From Perkinsus chesapeaki ATCC PRA-425 (lineage: Eukaryota; Protista; Perkinsozoa), in contig JAAPAO010000202.1 in NCBI GenBank assembly GCA_013115145.1, positions 1 through 53,280 of the forward strand: a stretch of DNA of 53,280 nt. The letters are read 5' to 3'. This document shows positions 21,423 to 33,703 of this stretch, piece after piece. Each line of letters opens with the position of its first letter. Position 1 is the first letter of the stretch. A model generated the notes under the pieces. That model had not been told where the DNA came from, searched no databases, and saw only the letters and a program-made list of their open reading frames with translations. A program made the translations under genes and the position numbers.

Positions 21423-22345
21423 CTACCACGGTTTGTTGTATACCCACCCAGGTCGACCCTTCATAAACTCGTAATCGTCCGGGCACCACTCACGATAAAG
21501 ATCGATGATCTCCTGAGCTCTTGGTGAATTCTGACCTTCATTATATATCTAAAAGCCCCATGTGTCAGGATGGCTACCAGGCCCCAGTGAGGGCGCGAAG
21601 GAGCGTTGCGGGAAGGCACGAAGTATCTCCGACAATTTGACGGCACCAAATGAGACTCGGTCGCCATGCCCATCTGTCTTCTATTTCGGAGCTTTTTCTA
21701 CGGTCTCCCTTGCTGCTCACAAATTGGCATATCATTCCCCTTCTCATATACGATCTCCTCCAGATGCAGAACAACGCTGGTGGGACCTGTCAAAGTCGAC
21801 ATTCCAGCAATGCTGAGACAGCCGGCGGCGTGACGTACGAAGGCAGTGGTGAAAACGGTAGCAGGACGGTTTGCTAGGGGAGGGTAGGCTCGCAGAAACC
21901 GCCAGCTGACGAGGGCGACAATACCTGAAACATAAGCAGTTTTGATATAATAAGCTGTAGCGGAACTACCTGCAACAGCGTATGTATTGAATGGAGCATC
22001 GAAAGCTTCGTCCACAAGGATACCCTCAAGCCTACAGAGTCAGTAAGAACTCGTGGGTACCAGTGATAGAGAATAATTACGGCGAAATTGACTTGCGGCT
22101 GACTATCCCAACTGCACTCTGCCGGTCATCTCGTTTTTGCATTTTGAACTCCGCAGCACATTCATTCATAGGACTGAGTCGACAGCATTCACCCATATAG
22201 TATTATAAGAGCGGTTGGTGCCTCACATATAGTAGTAGAGGGAACGCCAGATGTCCCCCCAATACTGCCAGGCCATAGCCTTCAGAGCTTCAGTAGCCGC
22301 AGGACCATAGTCGATCTCCTCATCATTGTTAGCAGCCGAGGCCAT
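21423..22345 (-). CDS. Hypothetical membrane-anchored protein, multi-exon
   Basis: MASAANNDEEIDYGPAATEALKAMAWQYWGDIWRSLYYY...FNTYAVAGIVALVSWRFLRAYP...EIIDLYREWCPDDYEFMKGRPGWVYNKPW*. Confidence 0.6.
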
Positions 22346-22479
22346 AGGCTCAAAATTAATTCTGAGGCGTGAATCCAAGTGCACTGCCAACGCAAGAATG
22401 ACGTTCTATTGAAACGCTCATGCCGGAAACGATAAAGACAGAAACGTAATTAAATATTGAACTTCTTTGGTCATGTGAA

Positions 22480-25400
22480 TTAGCCGCCCAAAGTGGTGAT
22501 GGGCTGAGGGTCCTGCCCGAATATATCAGCGAGCATCTCTTCCTCGTACTGCCGTCGAACTGCCTCCTCCTGCTCACTAGTACTAGAAGGGAACTTATCG
22601 CCGTCCTTCATGTCAATGTCCGGTACCTCCACGACAGCGCTACCGAGACTACGGATGCGGTACTTTAGCTTACCTCAACTTTACTCCACTCGATGTACTT
22701 CACTGCGTTAGGATGAATCGGACCGATCTGCTTTGCTATGAAGCTATTCACAGATCTCGTGACGATTGCTTCGTAAACCTGCGACCGCTCATGGAAAGGG
22801 CATAAACGTGGAAGAGGATGGGGTTAGGTCAATTTTGCGTTCCGCAGACGCCTTGGAGAAAATTCTAGATATGTGCTGTATGTGCCCAGGAATCATTCGG
22901 GCAGTCTAGGCGTCACTATTCCCTACCTCTCTTTGAGTGACGTCCTTAACAGCCCATCCCAGCAAGGCCAATTGCCTGTGCCTCATAGCAGCTGTGCCCA
23001 GTGGCCTTGTACCGCCAGGCGAGACTAGACTATCGGGGCAAAGAACCTGAGATCAAATTGGAAGTCCAAGAGCGAGACCTAGGAAGTTTTTCACACAGCG
23101 TTGTGCTACGTATACGGTTCTAATCTTCTTACATCCAAGGCCGCCAACTGTGAAGGGAATCCAGCGGCAACTCTATACAGGTTATCAACGACATAAGATG
23201 TCTTATGTGGTATCCTCAGTTGCTCCAGCGCTGCAGATACCCACGAGGATGCAGTCGTGGCTGAGAAACGGTCGCACTAACCGCAGTTCCACAGCACGGC
23301 CGTCGTGACTACTGTGCATCAAAGCCGTCCCCCTATGATTGGCCTTCTTGCCGTATACCACTGGATAGAGGTCGTTGCGCTTGATGGCTCTGACCTGATG
23401 ACCGAACAGAAAGTGGAAAGGCAAGTTGAAAGAGTGCTGAATTACATCCTTTACGAAGGTGTCAACTCTGGCATCATCCCAATTAACATCAATATAGTCA
23501 TCACCGTACTCTAGCTGGACAGCAATCTAATAGCAAAGCATTTCTAAGGGCATCGGTTATCCAAAAGATATGGCAGACAAGATGACCACAATGCAGCTGT
23601 CAAGAGATCTACTATATTAGTTTATATGGGTTGGAGTAATTAGTAATGAACTATAGTACTCCGATGTGTAGGTGATGAAGGACGACTTTCATGGAGGCCC
23701 GCAGTTTTCCACAATATTTAGTAACTCATAGTATTCTATATTCTCCTTTTCTGCCACAGAGCAGCAGCGAGCCTTACTTGTTGAGCCATAAGCAGTTGAG
23801 TTGGTAGTCTTTCCTCAAACATTATGCACATCTCCGTGATGAGCTCCACTGGTGGCGGCAGGGATAGAAACTGACCAAAGTGCTATAGCGACCACGAATG
23901 GGAAGGTAGCCATACCACTGCTGACCAAGCCAGCATTAAGATATCCTCCCCATTGCCACCCTCCCACATTCCACCATCGATAGCCTCACGACAGAGAACC
24001 TAAAGATGAGCAGAGCGGTACGCGGGAAAGACGGCCGAGTGCAGATGGCAACTTATCCAGCCGCCGTCAGCAAACAACTTCACTGACTATTTACCAAGAC
24101 ACTTGTAGCCTAGGATCGTCACTGTCACAGTTACACTAAGAATCGCGCATCAGTGTTGTTGTTATATGCTCCCGTATGATAACCGCTACGGAGCCTCTAG
24201 CCCTACTAGATCGTTACCCTAGCCATATCCAGCCTTGTGTTAAGCTCACATAGAGCGTAGACTAACCGAGCCATACTCTGGAATGAGCGGAAACCAGCAC
24301 TCCTAGTGAGGTGCTGATCCACATACTCTATTAACCGTTGGACCTACAGAACACAAGAGATAACCAGGCGAGTTTCAATCATGCTTGAAGCTTTATACTA
24401 TCAATACGGAAGTACTCGCTGTTTCCCACCCATTAGAAGACTTGTAGAAGATCAAAACACTGATACTCATCGTGATGTTGATGAGCAGTAGCAGCATTAA
24501 TATCGTATAACGACTAGGTAGATATTATCGCGCATACCACTACTTGGAAATAATTCACTGGTGATGGTATTACTTGTACGCTACAACATACACCTAGTTC
24601 TCCGTCAACTGATCTATGAACTATTTAAATTTATTAGATAATTACCTTTAACATTCATACGCTACACTGTGTAATCTACACGTCCCTCACTAAATACACA
24701 CGCTTATACATCACCCTACTAAGACCGCCAATACCGCAAAGCGTTCCGAACTTACAAACATGCCATCATCATATCCTATTCTCGCACAGGCATAAACCAA
24801 GTCAGCCAGAGTCTCTTGGTCCAACTTAGATATGGTGGAGGAGCACAGCTCCTCAAATAGCCTGTTGAAGGCGTTCTGTAGCCCCACGTGCTTGTGCAGG
24901 AGAACCTGAAATACACACACTAATTAGAAAGACACTTGATGAGCGTTGGTTGGCGAAAAATGAAGAAGTTTCACAGAATTCGGGTAGAATTTTGCGTCGT
25001 ACAGTACCAAGGAGTGCCTTCCCTGCTATCAAGATTCGGTAGGGAAATTCAGTAATCAGCTGCAGCAAGATATCTCACCATTGGGGACAAATTTTCCCCA
25101 GTACTCTGAAACCAAAATTCTGAAATTTTGAACCTATTCCATTTATGTTCATGGATTCGCTCTGAGAAGTTGATGCCAGCTGTGGGAATCACCTTCACAG
25201 CATCCCGAGATCTATCGGGCATCTCCGCACAAGAACCAAGAATCCGTAGGAAAATATCACTAGTGCCTGACAATACATGGCAGTGAATTACATAAAAAGG
25301 GGACAAAGGATACTACAGCTTGGGGCCTTACTGGCCGGCGATAACATCATCAATGTGTTCTCCAGCAGCCTATCATTATTCAACCTGATCAAGGCAGTCA

Positions 25401-28400
25401 TAGAACCAAGCCAGCATGCACATTGGTATAAAAAATGACCAAGTCAAATTAAACAAAGAGTGGCCTATACTTTGCTCCAAGTACCCTAAGAATCACCAAC
25501 CCACACCAATCGGTAGCGGAGGGTGAGTGTATAAAGTGTAATATGCTTCTTACCGGAAGCTTTATGAACTGCTACTTAGCCCGTCATGATAGGTTAGTCA
25601 CAGCGAACTACTAGGGGGGCTTTTGGCGATATTTTCTATTATAAAAATGACATACTGTATATAGATTCTAAATTCGGCATACACTTTTATATAATGTCTA
25701 TCGATACCCATGAGCATAGATTCCAATGCCTTCATCAACCGACACGATGAGTTTGCCATCCACCATACCGCAACTTCGCGTCGGCAATCCCCACACCCCG
25801 AACTCCCCCTGCAACCGTCGGCCTACTTCAGCATAACGAAGGATTGCAGCACGTCAGCTATTTCCGGCCCACTTGGTATCCACCTTACAGTAGTCTTCAT
25901 TTTAGGCCCTAACAACACACATTACACCCCCCCCTTCAATCAACCTACTCAGTTGCTCTGCCACCGCCTCACCCAAGCTGGATCGCTGCTCACTGGGCTC
26001 CACGTGAGCCACCGCCTGCAGACATAACGTAACTTCGAAGCGATCCGGCAGCCCTCACAGTCAAGAGCTGCACACACTCAGTAGGCCCTAGCTTGTCCAG
26101 CTGGCGACCAAGGTGGTCCAGAAGGGGCCTTGTGAGCTCCGGAATGAGATAGTCAGCTTCCATCAATGCACATAGTATCTGACAGGCCATGTTCAGGGAC
26201 GATTCGAGAGAAGTTTGGTATTAATTGTTCATTACATCGCAGACGTTCTTAGCATACATCAGATGCAGCTTGCTTATCGACGTGAGAGTCATCTCATAGA
26301 ACCTGTCATCCACTCTTCCCCACAGGCGGCCCTACTATCCTACAATTTCTTGTCTCTGACACCGGCCACTCCAAAGCCATAGAGAGTCCTACTGAGCTGC
26401 AAGGGAGTGAATGTATGCATTAGGCGGAATGATTGCTGTTTAAGTGCCTCGAACCTGATCTTCAGCTGTTACGCACTCAGCAATGACTTCCAGTGCTATC
26501 AGAACGCGCACCCATTACGAAGCGAATATAAACCATACTGGTTAGCAACAACCGGCTCCCCAAGGCCCATTCCCTACAGTTCCTTATGTGAGTATTGTAG
26601 AGACGACAATGCCACCACTGCTGAACAGGCGTCCTGAAACAAGAGGTGCACAGAGCAGAGGACGAGGAGGAGGACCGTCCAACAGGCCATACTGCAGAGA
26701 TTTTGCAAGGAAAAAGTTAAGACCGTGAAAAGACTAAGAGCTGTCATCCTGGGGTGCCCCTCCATCACTCCTCATCCCAGTATCACTGCGACCTAGGGCG
26801 TCTACAATGCACACCAACGGTGACAAAGTGGGCGATTGAAAGCGTATCTATGTTGAAGAGATAATCATCATCACCTGACAGTTCATCTCCCTTGTCTTTG
26901 GCATGAGGGCATGTGCTATGTCGCTCATAAAATCTACGTCATACACATTGGCATTGGCGAAGCTCCAGGCCAACGCACATAGGTCTTGCACACTGTAATC
27001 CAGCATGAACCTGGCAACGGCCACAAGCATGAGCCATTTCGGGGCGCGTGACTTACGATCTTATCGTTGGTGCTAGAGTATACCTGAACAGGTCTTCCTC
27101 GCCTCCGGTCTCCCCCAGCTTGGAGAGGCTCCACGTGAGAGACACCAGCGACTTAACCGAACACTCGCTTGTTCGAACCTCAAGTCCAGGTAACATTAAG
27201 CACGCATGCGCGAAGCACTTACTGTTAGAGAGTCCCTTATCTTCCTGAAGAGCTCCTTATCCGTGAACTTGGCGCGAGCAAATGCCCAGGATACCGCAGC
27301 AATATCCTGAAGACCGGATCGTATAACCAACAGATATATAATGCTCTAATTCCTCTGGTAACTCAGCACGCTGGTATCAGTTTTATGGAGTAGAAAAAAT
27401 CAAACTACATGTACCTTTCCATCTGTTATAGCCTAAAGCCCCTTTCAGTGTGATGTCCTTTAGCCCAACTCCCCTCCACTCACCTCCATATCAAAATCAT
27501 CCATTTTCTCCGACACCCGACTCCCAAGAGCCGAAAAGATGGTCTCATCCCTCACGCCCAGCTTAGCCAGGGACGTGCCTGAGGGACAGCCAACGAATGC
27601 AGGCAGCAAGGTACTAACCCTTCCCCTCTTACAGACACTAACAAGCTCATGGGGATCGGCAAACTCATCAAGTCTGGCTCGGACTTGCCCGTGTAGGGCC
27701 GATTGCAGAGCCTTCATCGCTTCCGTTGGTGCCACATGCTTAGACATCCTATACACACAGTAAAGGCCTTGACCTGAGCGGTCAATGGTTATTTATTAAA
27801 AAGCTTTTACCGGGGATCGAACCCGAGACCTACCAAGCTGCTTAGGTTCTAGTTGATCAACAATGCTAATACACCTATCCACCAGATCAGATATCCACTT
27901 AGGTGCCGCTGTAAGGTACGATTAGATCAGCAATGCATTGGCATTTGTTACCTGTATTCAGCCGCACCAACGCCCATAGAGTGTTCATCAGACCAACGCC
28001 ATCCAAGGTATTAAGGTGGGCTCCTAGACGCTCCACCAGAGAAGCATATCTGATAGAAAAAGCGAAAAAACAAATGCCAACCAGCGGGTAGAAACGATGA
28101 AAATGAGCAGAATAGTAAATATATAAAAATAAAGAGAAAAAAAGTAATATTTTTTTGACGCCCCTTCCTAGTCTGCGGGGGGGAATCCGGTTGAGGAGCA
28201 CCTTGGAGGTGTAAATACTCTCATGAGCATACTTCGGGGCATGTAAAGTCATAACCAATGAAAAAGCGCCAGAAGCCGGGCCCATAAGGGAAAACGTGTG
28301 ATGGATTCTAAACCTCTGATAGGAACCTCTCACAGAGGACAATGACGGTGATAGTACGAGTGGAGATAAGATTGACACTGTCCACTTGCTCCCAGCAAGC

Positions 28401-29300
28401 GTTTCATTCGATAACAATCATTTGGATATTGCAAAGCCGCTGCTTAACCAGTGATACAAGAGTATCACCGAGTCGAAGATGACAAGTGTTCAACTCTACT
28501 ACGAGTGCGTCTCCTCCTCTCCCTCTATACATGTCCACTCGACAGCTCACTCCTCAGGGAGCGTACAGGTTCCCATCTTACCTCGGGTCATTAGCAACCT
28601 GTGATACTTGATACGATCTTGAATGCTTGGCTATACGATGAAGGGCTGTAGCCATATTGATGCCATCCATATTCTCTAGCTCATCTGCTACCAACACCAA
28701 CACCTATCACACCACCACCACCTACAACTTACCCAACTTAGCTCGCCTACTACCTGGCCGCTGGTTTTGGACTTGGACAGTTTATGCTGCAAGGCAAGAC
28801 ACTCAGGGTTGGAGGTCAACTGAACGGAAATATGAATAATGCTAAACCCTCAACAGACCCCATATACGCTGGACCCATCCTTCAAATCCGAGAGGAGCTA
28901 TATTTTCGTGCATGACAACAACAAGCTAGAGAGCATTCAACATGCCGAGAGCTTTGATATACATAAACCTCTTTTCCCCATCCTACCAAAGCCTCAACAC
29001 TTGCCGACGTCCCTTGCAACAGGCTCTCCAGCCTACCCTTCTCCGGTGAGAGCATACTAGTCTCCATGAACTTACTAACCTATGTTACGTCATCTCCACT
29101 GTTATTACACATCACCGCCATTACCTCGTTCAGCTCCTTTGTCTTTTCCTCCTCAACTCTCACTGAGGCATTCTTCTCAGTCTTATCAGCAGTCCGTTCG
29201 AGCGGGTCACCCAACGTGGATATTGCACCCTGAACCCCACAGCTGCCACCGTAGTAAGTCGTGGTATGAACAGGGAGGCACAAAAGCCTCACAGAAATGC
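22480..29300 (-). CDS. OPR/HPR-type helical repeat protein with RAP domain (FASTK-like organellar RNA-binding), many exons; 5' end approximate
   Basis: Repeats such as DYSVQDLCALAWSFANANVYDVDFMSDIA, TLDGVGLMNTLWALVRLN, KLDQETLADLVYACARIGYDD, INMATALHRIAK; RAP motif VLCPDSL...RPLGTAAMRHRQLALLGWAVKDV at about 22925-23047. Confidence 0.8.
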
Positions 29301-29479
29301 GGGGAGTGAAAAGTGTTAGTAATGTGGAAATCCAGTGAGAGTTTTGCTAGAAGATATATCCCTAGACCAAAAGGTAATACCGAATGCATTCCTTCAGATG
29401 CGCCTATATGGCTCGCTGATGGCGTGAAGCAGTGGAAGAGTAAAGGTGCCACTCACCGAGGTAGAGGCATATCCGAACT

Positions 29480-30740
29480 CTGGCAGTTCCCCAAACTTGG
29501 ACTTAAGGTCCTCAGCTACCTCCCCTTCCACGAAGAACTCTTCCAATGCAGCCCTCGCATCCTAAAATATAAGCCGTAACGTCCTGGCAGCAGCAGCAGA
29601 CTGCTTCTTCGAAAAGGCTACCGTTTACAGTATACATCACCAGTCATAGCAGTAACAAAAGATACTAGCAGAGGTCGACTTCATGCACCAATAAAGAGTC
29701 GTTTTATTATGGAAATACCTAGGCTTTTGAAAACGACATCTGCGATGCGCTCTGCCACGACGCAAGAATGTCAAGTCGACGTGCTTTTCTGATAAACCTC
29801 TCCACTACCCTTCCAAAAGCGTCAATTTTCAACTACCGCTCTCTCCACAAATCACAATGGGAACTACCCTCTGGCATTAAAGATCCCCCATTAGATACAA
29901 CCTGTGGTGCTTCCTCTATTGCTTTAGCATTATCCTTCTTCTTAGCCTCTCTTCTATCCTGATTAAGCTGTGACACCTTCACGTATTTAGACTGACTCTG
30001 GGAACGTATATCAGCCCAAAAGGCATCACCTGCCACCGAATAGCTAATAAGGAACAGCTCCGAATGTGACGTCTAGCGTATCTTCCTACGAGGTGAAAGA
30101 TTCCTTTCATCCCCGCGAAAAATTCAGCCGATAAATTTTGAACTGAAGCTTCAACTCCGACGTTTTGTTGATAATTTACTTCGAAGTAGTTGAGCTTATC
30201 GTCCATACGTATATTAGTGCATCTTACCGGAACATACCGAACCAACGTAACGTGAGCACTAGAGAATGCTCCTCCCCATCGAGTGACAGCCAAACCCTCT
30301 TGTGGGCAAATTCCATTATTAATGAAGTTCCAATTAACAATACCCCAGCCCACGCTCTTACGTTCAGCTTTATCAGATACCCCCAACTCGGCCTTCTTCT
30401 TATCTGCAAATGCTCCCAAATGATAGGCCTTCTCAAACTGAAGCACCCCAAGTCTCCACTGCTGGCAGAACTAGGTCAATACCTTTCCTCCCCGATCCCT
30501 CCTAATAACCCTCGTTGTCACCGCGGGGCCTCCTCCAAGCTCGCCGTATTCGTCCATGTCAGCTGGTGGCTCATCGAACAGGTTATTGAACGAAGATGAT
30601 GAGGATGAAGCAAAAGAGGCTGCACGAGTAGGAGCTAAGACGAAGAGTCGTGCGGACTCGCCGCAAAATTGCCAGTCTTACCGCAGAAGGGCAGTAGGAG
30701 TAGCTTGGACTTGCCTGACCTTAGAGTAGCCATTGTGGGG
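29480..30740 (-). CDS. Hypothetical exons; separate gene or 5' part of the RAP gene
   Basis: Open exon fragments (FNNLFDEPPADMDEYGELGGG..., FEKAYHLGAFADKKKAELG, MDDKLNYFEVNYQQNVGVE) separated by short GT-AG introns. Confidence 0.5.
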
Positions 30741-31275
30741 AGGGGTAAATGCTTTAACCAACAAGGGACACTAGAAACCCCGAAAGGTAGAACTCGTCAG
30801 CTAAAGGTGTCAGAAAAACGTGGTCACCATGAATTCTCAATGTTGTATAGTGGCGGCTATATTGACATCTGTCCAACGTGAACGCTGTTGGTGGTGCGGA
30901 AAGTGGGGATTCTCTTCGCGTGGAACTCGGTGGACTCAACACGAGGAAAGGTGGAGAATCCATAGGGGACTCCAACAGATAGATTATTTCAAGTTGACGA
31001 CATGAAAAGTGATACAGGAAACTTAAGGAGTGTCATATAGCGATACCCGGCAAACGGTAGTGTCGATAACTTCTGACAAGTTGAAACGAAGCCTCAACAC
31101 GGGGATACGAAAAGATGAATATTGTGGACTCGTCCATTAACATGCGGACTCTGAGTCTGTTGTAAATAAACACTGAGGCCTTGGATGATAGTAAATCAAA
31201 TATACAAGGATCCCGAGCGTCGCTTGCCCATTGTATAGCACTCTTCCACTGTGTAGTCACTCTTCCAACAGTTAT

Positions 31276-31709
31276 CTACGAACCGGCTAAAGTGACAATT
31301 GTCTCCACAGAGATAACTTCCTTGAATTCGACTTCAGGGAGGCCGATTTCCAGTGAATGAATCAAGCTCCATTTCATCATTGATTTATCCTTGGGCTTCA
31401 TCATAGAAAGGAGACCCATCCGGAATGCATGCCAAACGTCTACTCCCATTTCTATATCGTGGTAGGTCTTGTCGGGAGTTCCTGAAACCGTGAAATTATC
31501 ACCAACATTTTTTTTGTCGCCATCGAAGTATGTAGTATAGCCAGACACAGTGAACGAAGTAGAATTGATACTACTTGTACAGATCGTCGTAGCAGTCCTC
31601 TGTCCACCAAGACGTGGTGAGCTTAACATTGAGAGATAAGCCGGGGCGGCACAGCCACCAGTTCGGGGAACCATCACCTTGGCGAGGCCATTCTCAAGGG
31701 AAGCGTTAA
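31276..31709 (-). pseudogene. 5'-truncated paralog of the secreted protein at 9215-10064
   Basis: NASLENGLAKVMVPRTGGCAAPAY..RTATTICTSS aligns with ILTLHNGSVEGMIPRAGGCAAPVY..RAATTICTST; signal peptide and about 90 N-terminal codons missing, replaced by the 191-bp block. Confidence 0.7.
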
Positions 31710-31900
31710 CATCCTCGTAGAGTAGACAGTTTACAACTCAAGGAGCCACAGACTAAAGGTAACAAGGTAGAATTAGAGTTTCTTCATAGAGCGCCTTGTC
31801 TCCCGTGACCTAACTATATTGGATCCATACACCCAAACTGGGCATATTCCTCACTGCACCCTATCATAAGTGAAACGTATTCCACTCGTAAACGCTGGCG
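31710..31900. repeat. Second copy of the 191-bp block
   Basis: 190/191 identical to 10143-10333. Confidence 0.95.
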
Positions 31901-32527
31901 AAATGGAAGACCTGTCTAGATGTGCCCCACAGAAAGCACAGCACATGGAGGTCTCATCCGGAGGTAATCCGCCATTTTGAAACCGCCATGCTGAAGCAAT
32001 AGACGGTGACACGTATTGCCCTACGGTTACTGAGTGCGGGCGTTCTGAGTTAAAATAGCCGAGATAACTCGAAATGGGCGCCTCATCGCTGAGCTACATG
32101 CAGCAGGATGAATCAGGAATTCATCCAGGAACCTAAAATGTTCCTGTCGAGTCAACATGTTAGTTCAAATGTTCCTAGATTTAATCTAGTAGATATTGTT
32201 ATTGACCTCTCTATTGCTATTTCTGATGCTGTGGTAGCTGCGCCACAGGCCATACGGGCTAGCCCCCCAACAGGTTACGCCCCCCCCCTCCCGCGAAGCA
32301 GTGCTGTGAACAATGCTCACTGAGCATGCGTCAAGATTAAATTCCCATTATGGGAAGCTGGTAGTAACGCGTCATTGAACCCCTGCGCCGTACCGCAGAG
32401 ACTTACCTGAGAGTCGCAATATAAAAAGGGATAAATGATTTAATTAACAAAAGACGGTGGATCGGTTGATGTTTGAACTCAACAGCTAGAGGTGTCAGAA
32501 ACAAAAAATCATGATCAGCACGTATCC

Positions 32528-33612
32528 TCAATGCTCCATACTGGCGGCTATCTTATCCATTTTCTCGGCCAGAGAGAAGTCCTGAAACAGATCGATATGA
32601 AGTGTATTCTCATACTAGTGATGATGAAAAGCAACATAGAGGACGCACTTATCTAAACGAGCGGTACCGTGAAGGTTTTAAAAGCGAATCTCCTGTATAG
32701 GTGGTATTAATAAATGTACCCCTCAATATAACATCATCATCACCTATACATTGATGCGGTCATTATAATATGCTAGTTACTGAGGACGACGAGAGAATCG
32801 AATGGAAAGGCAGCAAGTGAAACCGAGCTGTCAGGCAAAGTGCTCCTCTCTGTAATATTTATTATGTGACACTCACTTATATCACTGCACGACACTAATA
32901 AACGAATATGTACTGCCTACTACGCCTATCACACGGTTGGTATGCCCCTAGAAAGAACACGCGAAAGTGTTATTATTATTATCAGACAAGTTATGATATT
33001 AAGGCCACCAACCTTCTCGGTAACTCCTCCAGCATCATGAGTCCATAGTTCGACATCTACTTCATTATAAACATTGAACCAATTAGGATGATGATCAGCC
33101 TGAGCAGCACAGTAGGGACCAGCATTCCCTAAGCTGCAAGAGGATAACGCATACCTTCTCCGCGTAGAGGGCAACTCTGGTCATGAACCCAAAGGCCTCG
33201 TTGAAGTTGCGGAACTGGAAATTACGACTGATCTTCTCGGCCGCACCGACCTGGAATGAGGACTCCGGTGATCGAAGTTTGACAAGGATGACCAAGACAA
33301 TATTTGTTCTCAATACGGAGATGTAACGAGTTGCTTGGAGCAAGGAGGAGCTTGAAAAACATTCCTCCTGAGCCCACGGGTTTTGTTTCTCTACTCACAA
33401 TCTGACTTATCTACATGCTATCGCTCCTAGTTGATATTGGATCGACCTCGAGTCGACTCAAGTGTCTTAAATGATTAGATACAACATAACTCCACGTCAA
33501 CGTCTTCTATCAGTTACAAGATCATTACAACACCCACCTGAGTCCACTTGGGAGCCCTACTAGATATCATAGCCGTCACTTGTTGAGCGCTCAGTCTAGT
33601 TACACTCGGCAT
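32528..33612 (-). CDS. PCBD: Pterin-4-alpha-carbinolamine dehydratase
   Basis: Spliced: [103 protein letters not shown]. Confidence 0.95.
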
Positions 33613-33703
33613 ACTGTTAAATGACTAAGTCAATATCCCCTCTTCGACAGCACTGTCAACTCAACATTGTAGTAGACTATAGAACACCTTCTTGTAACGT
33701 CTT

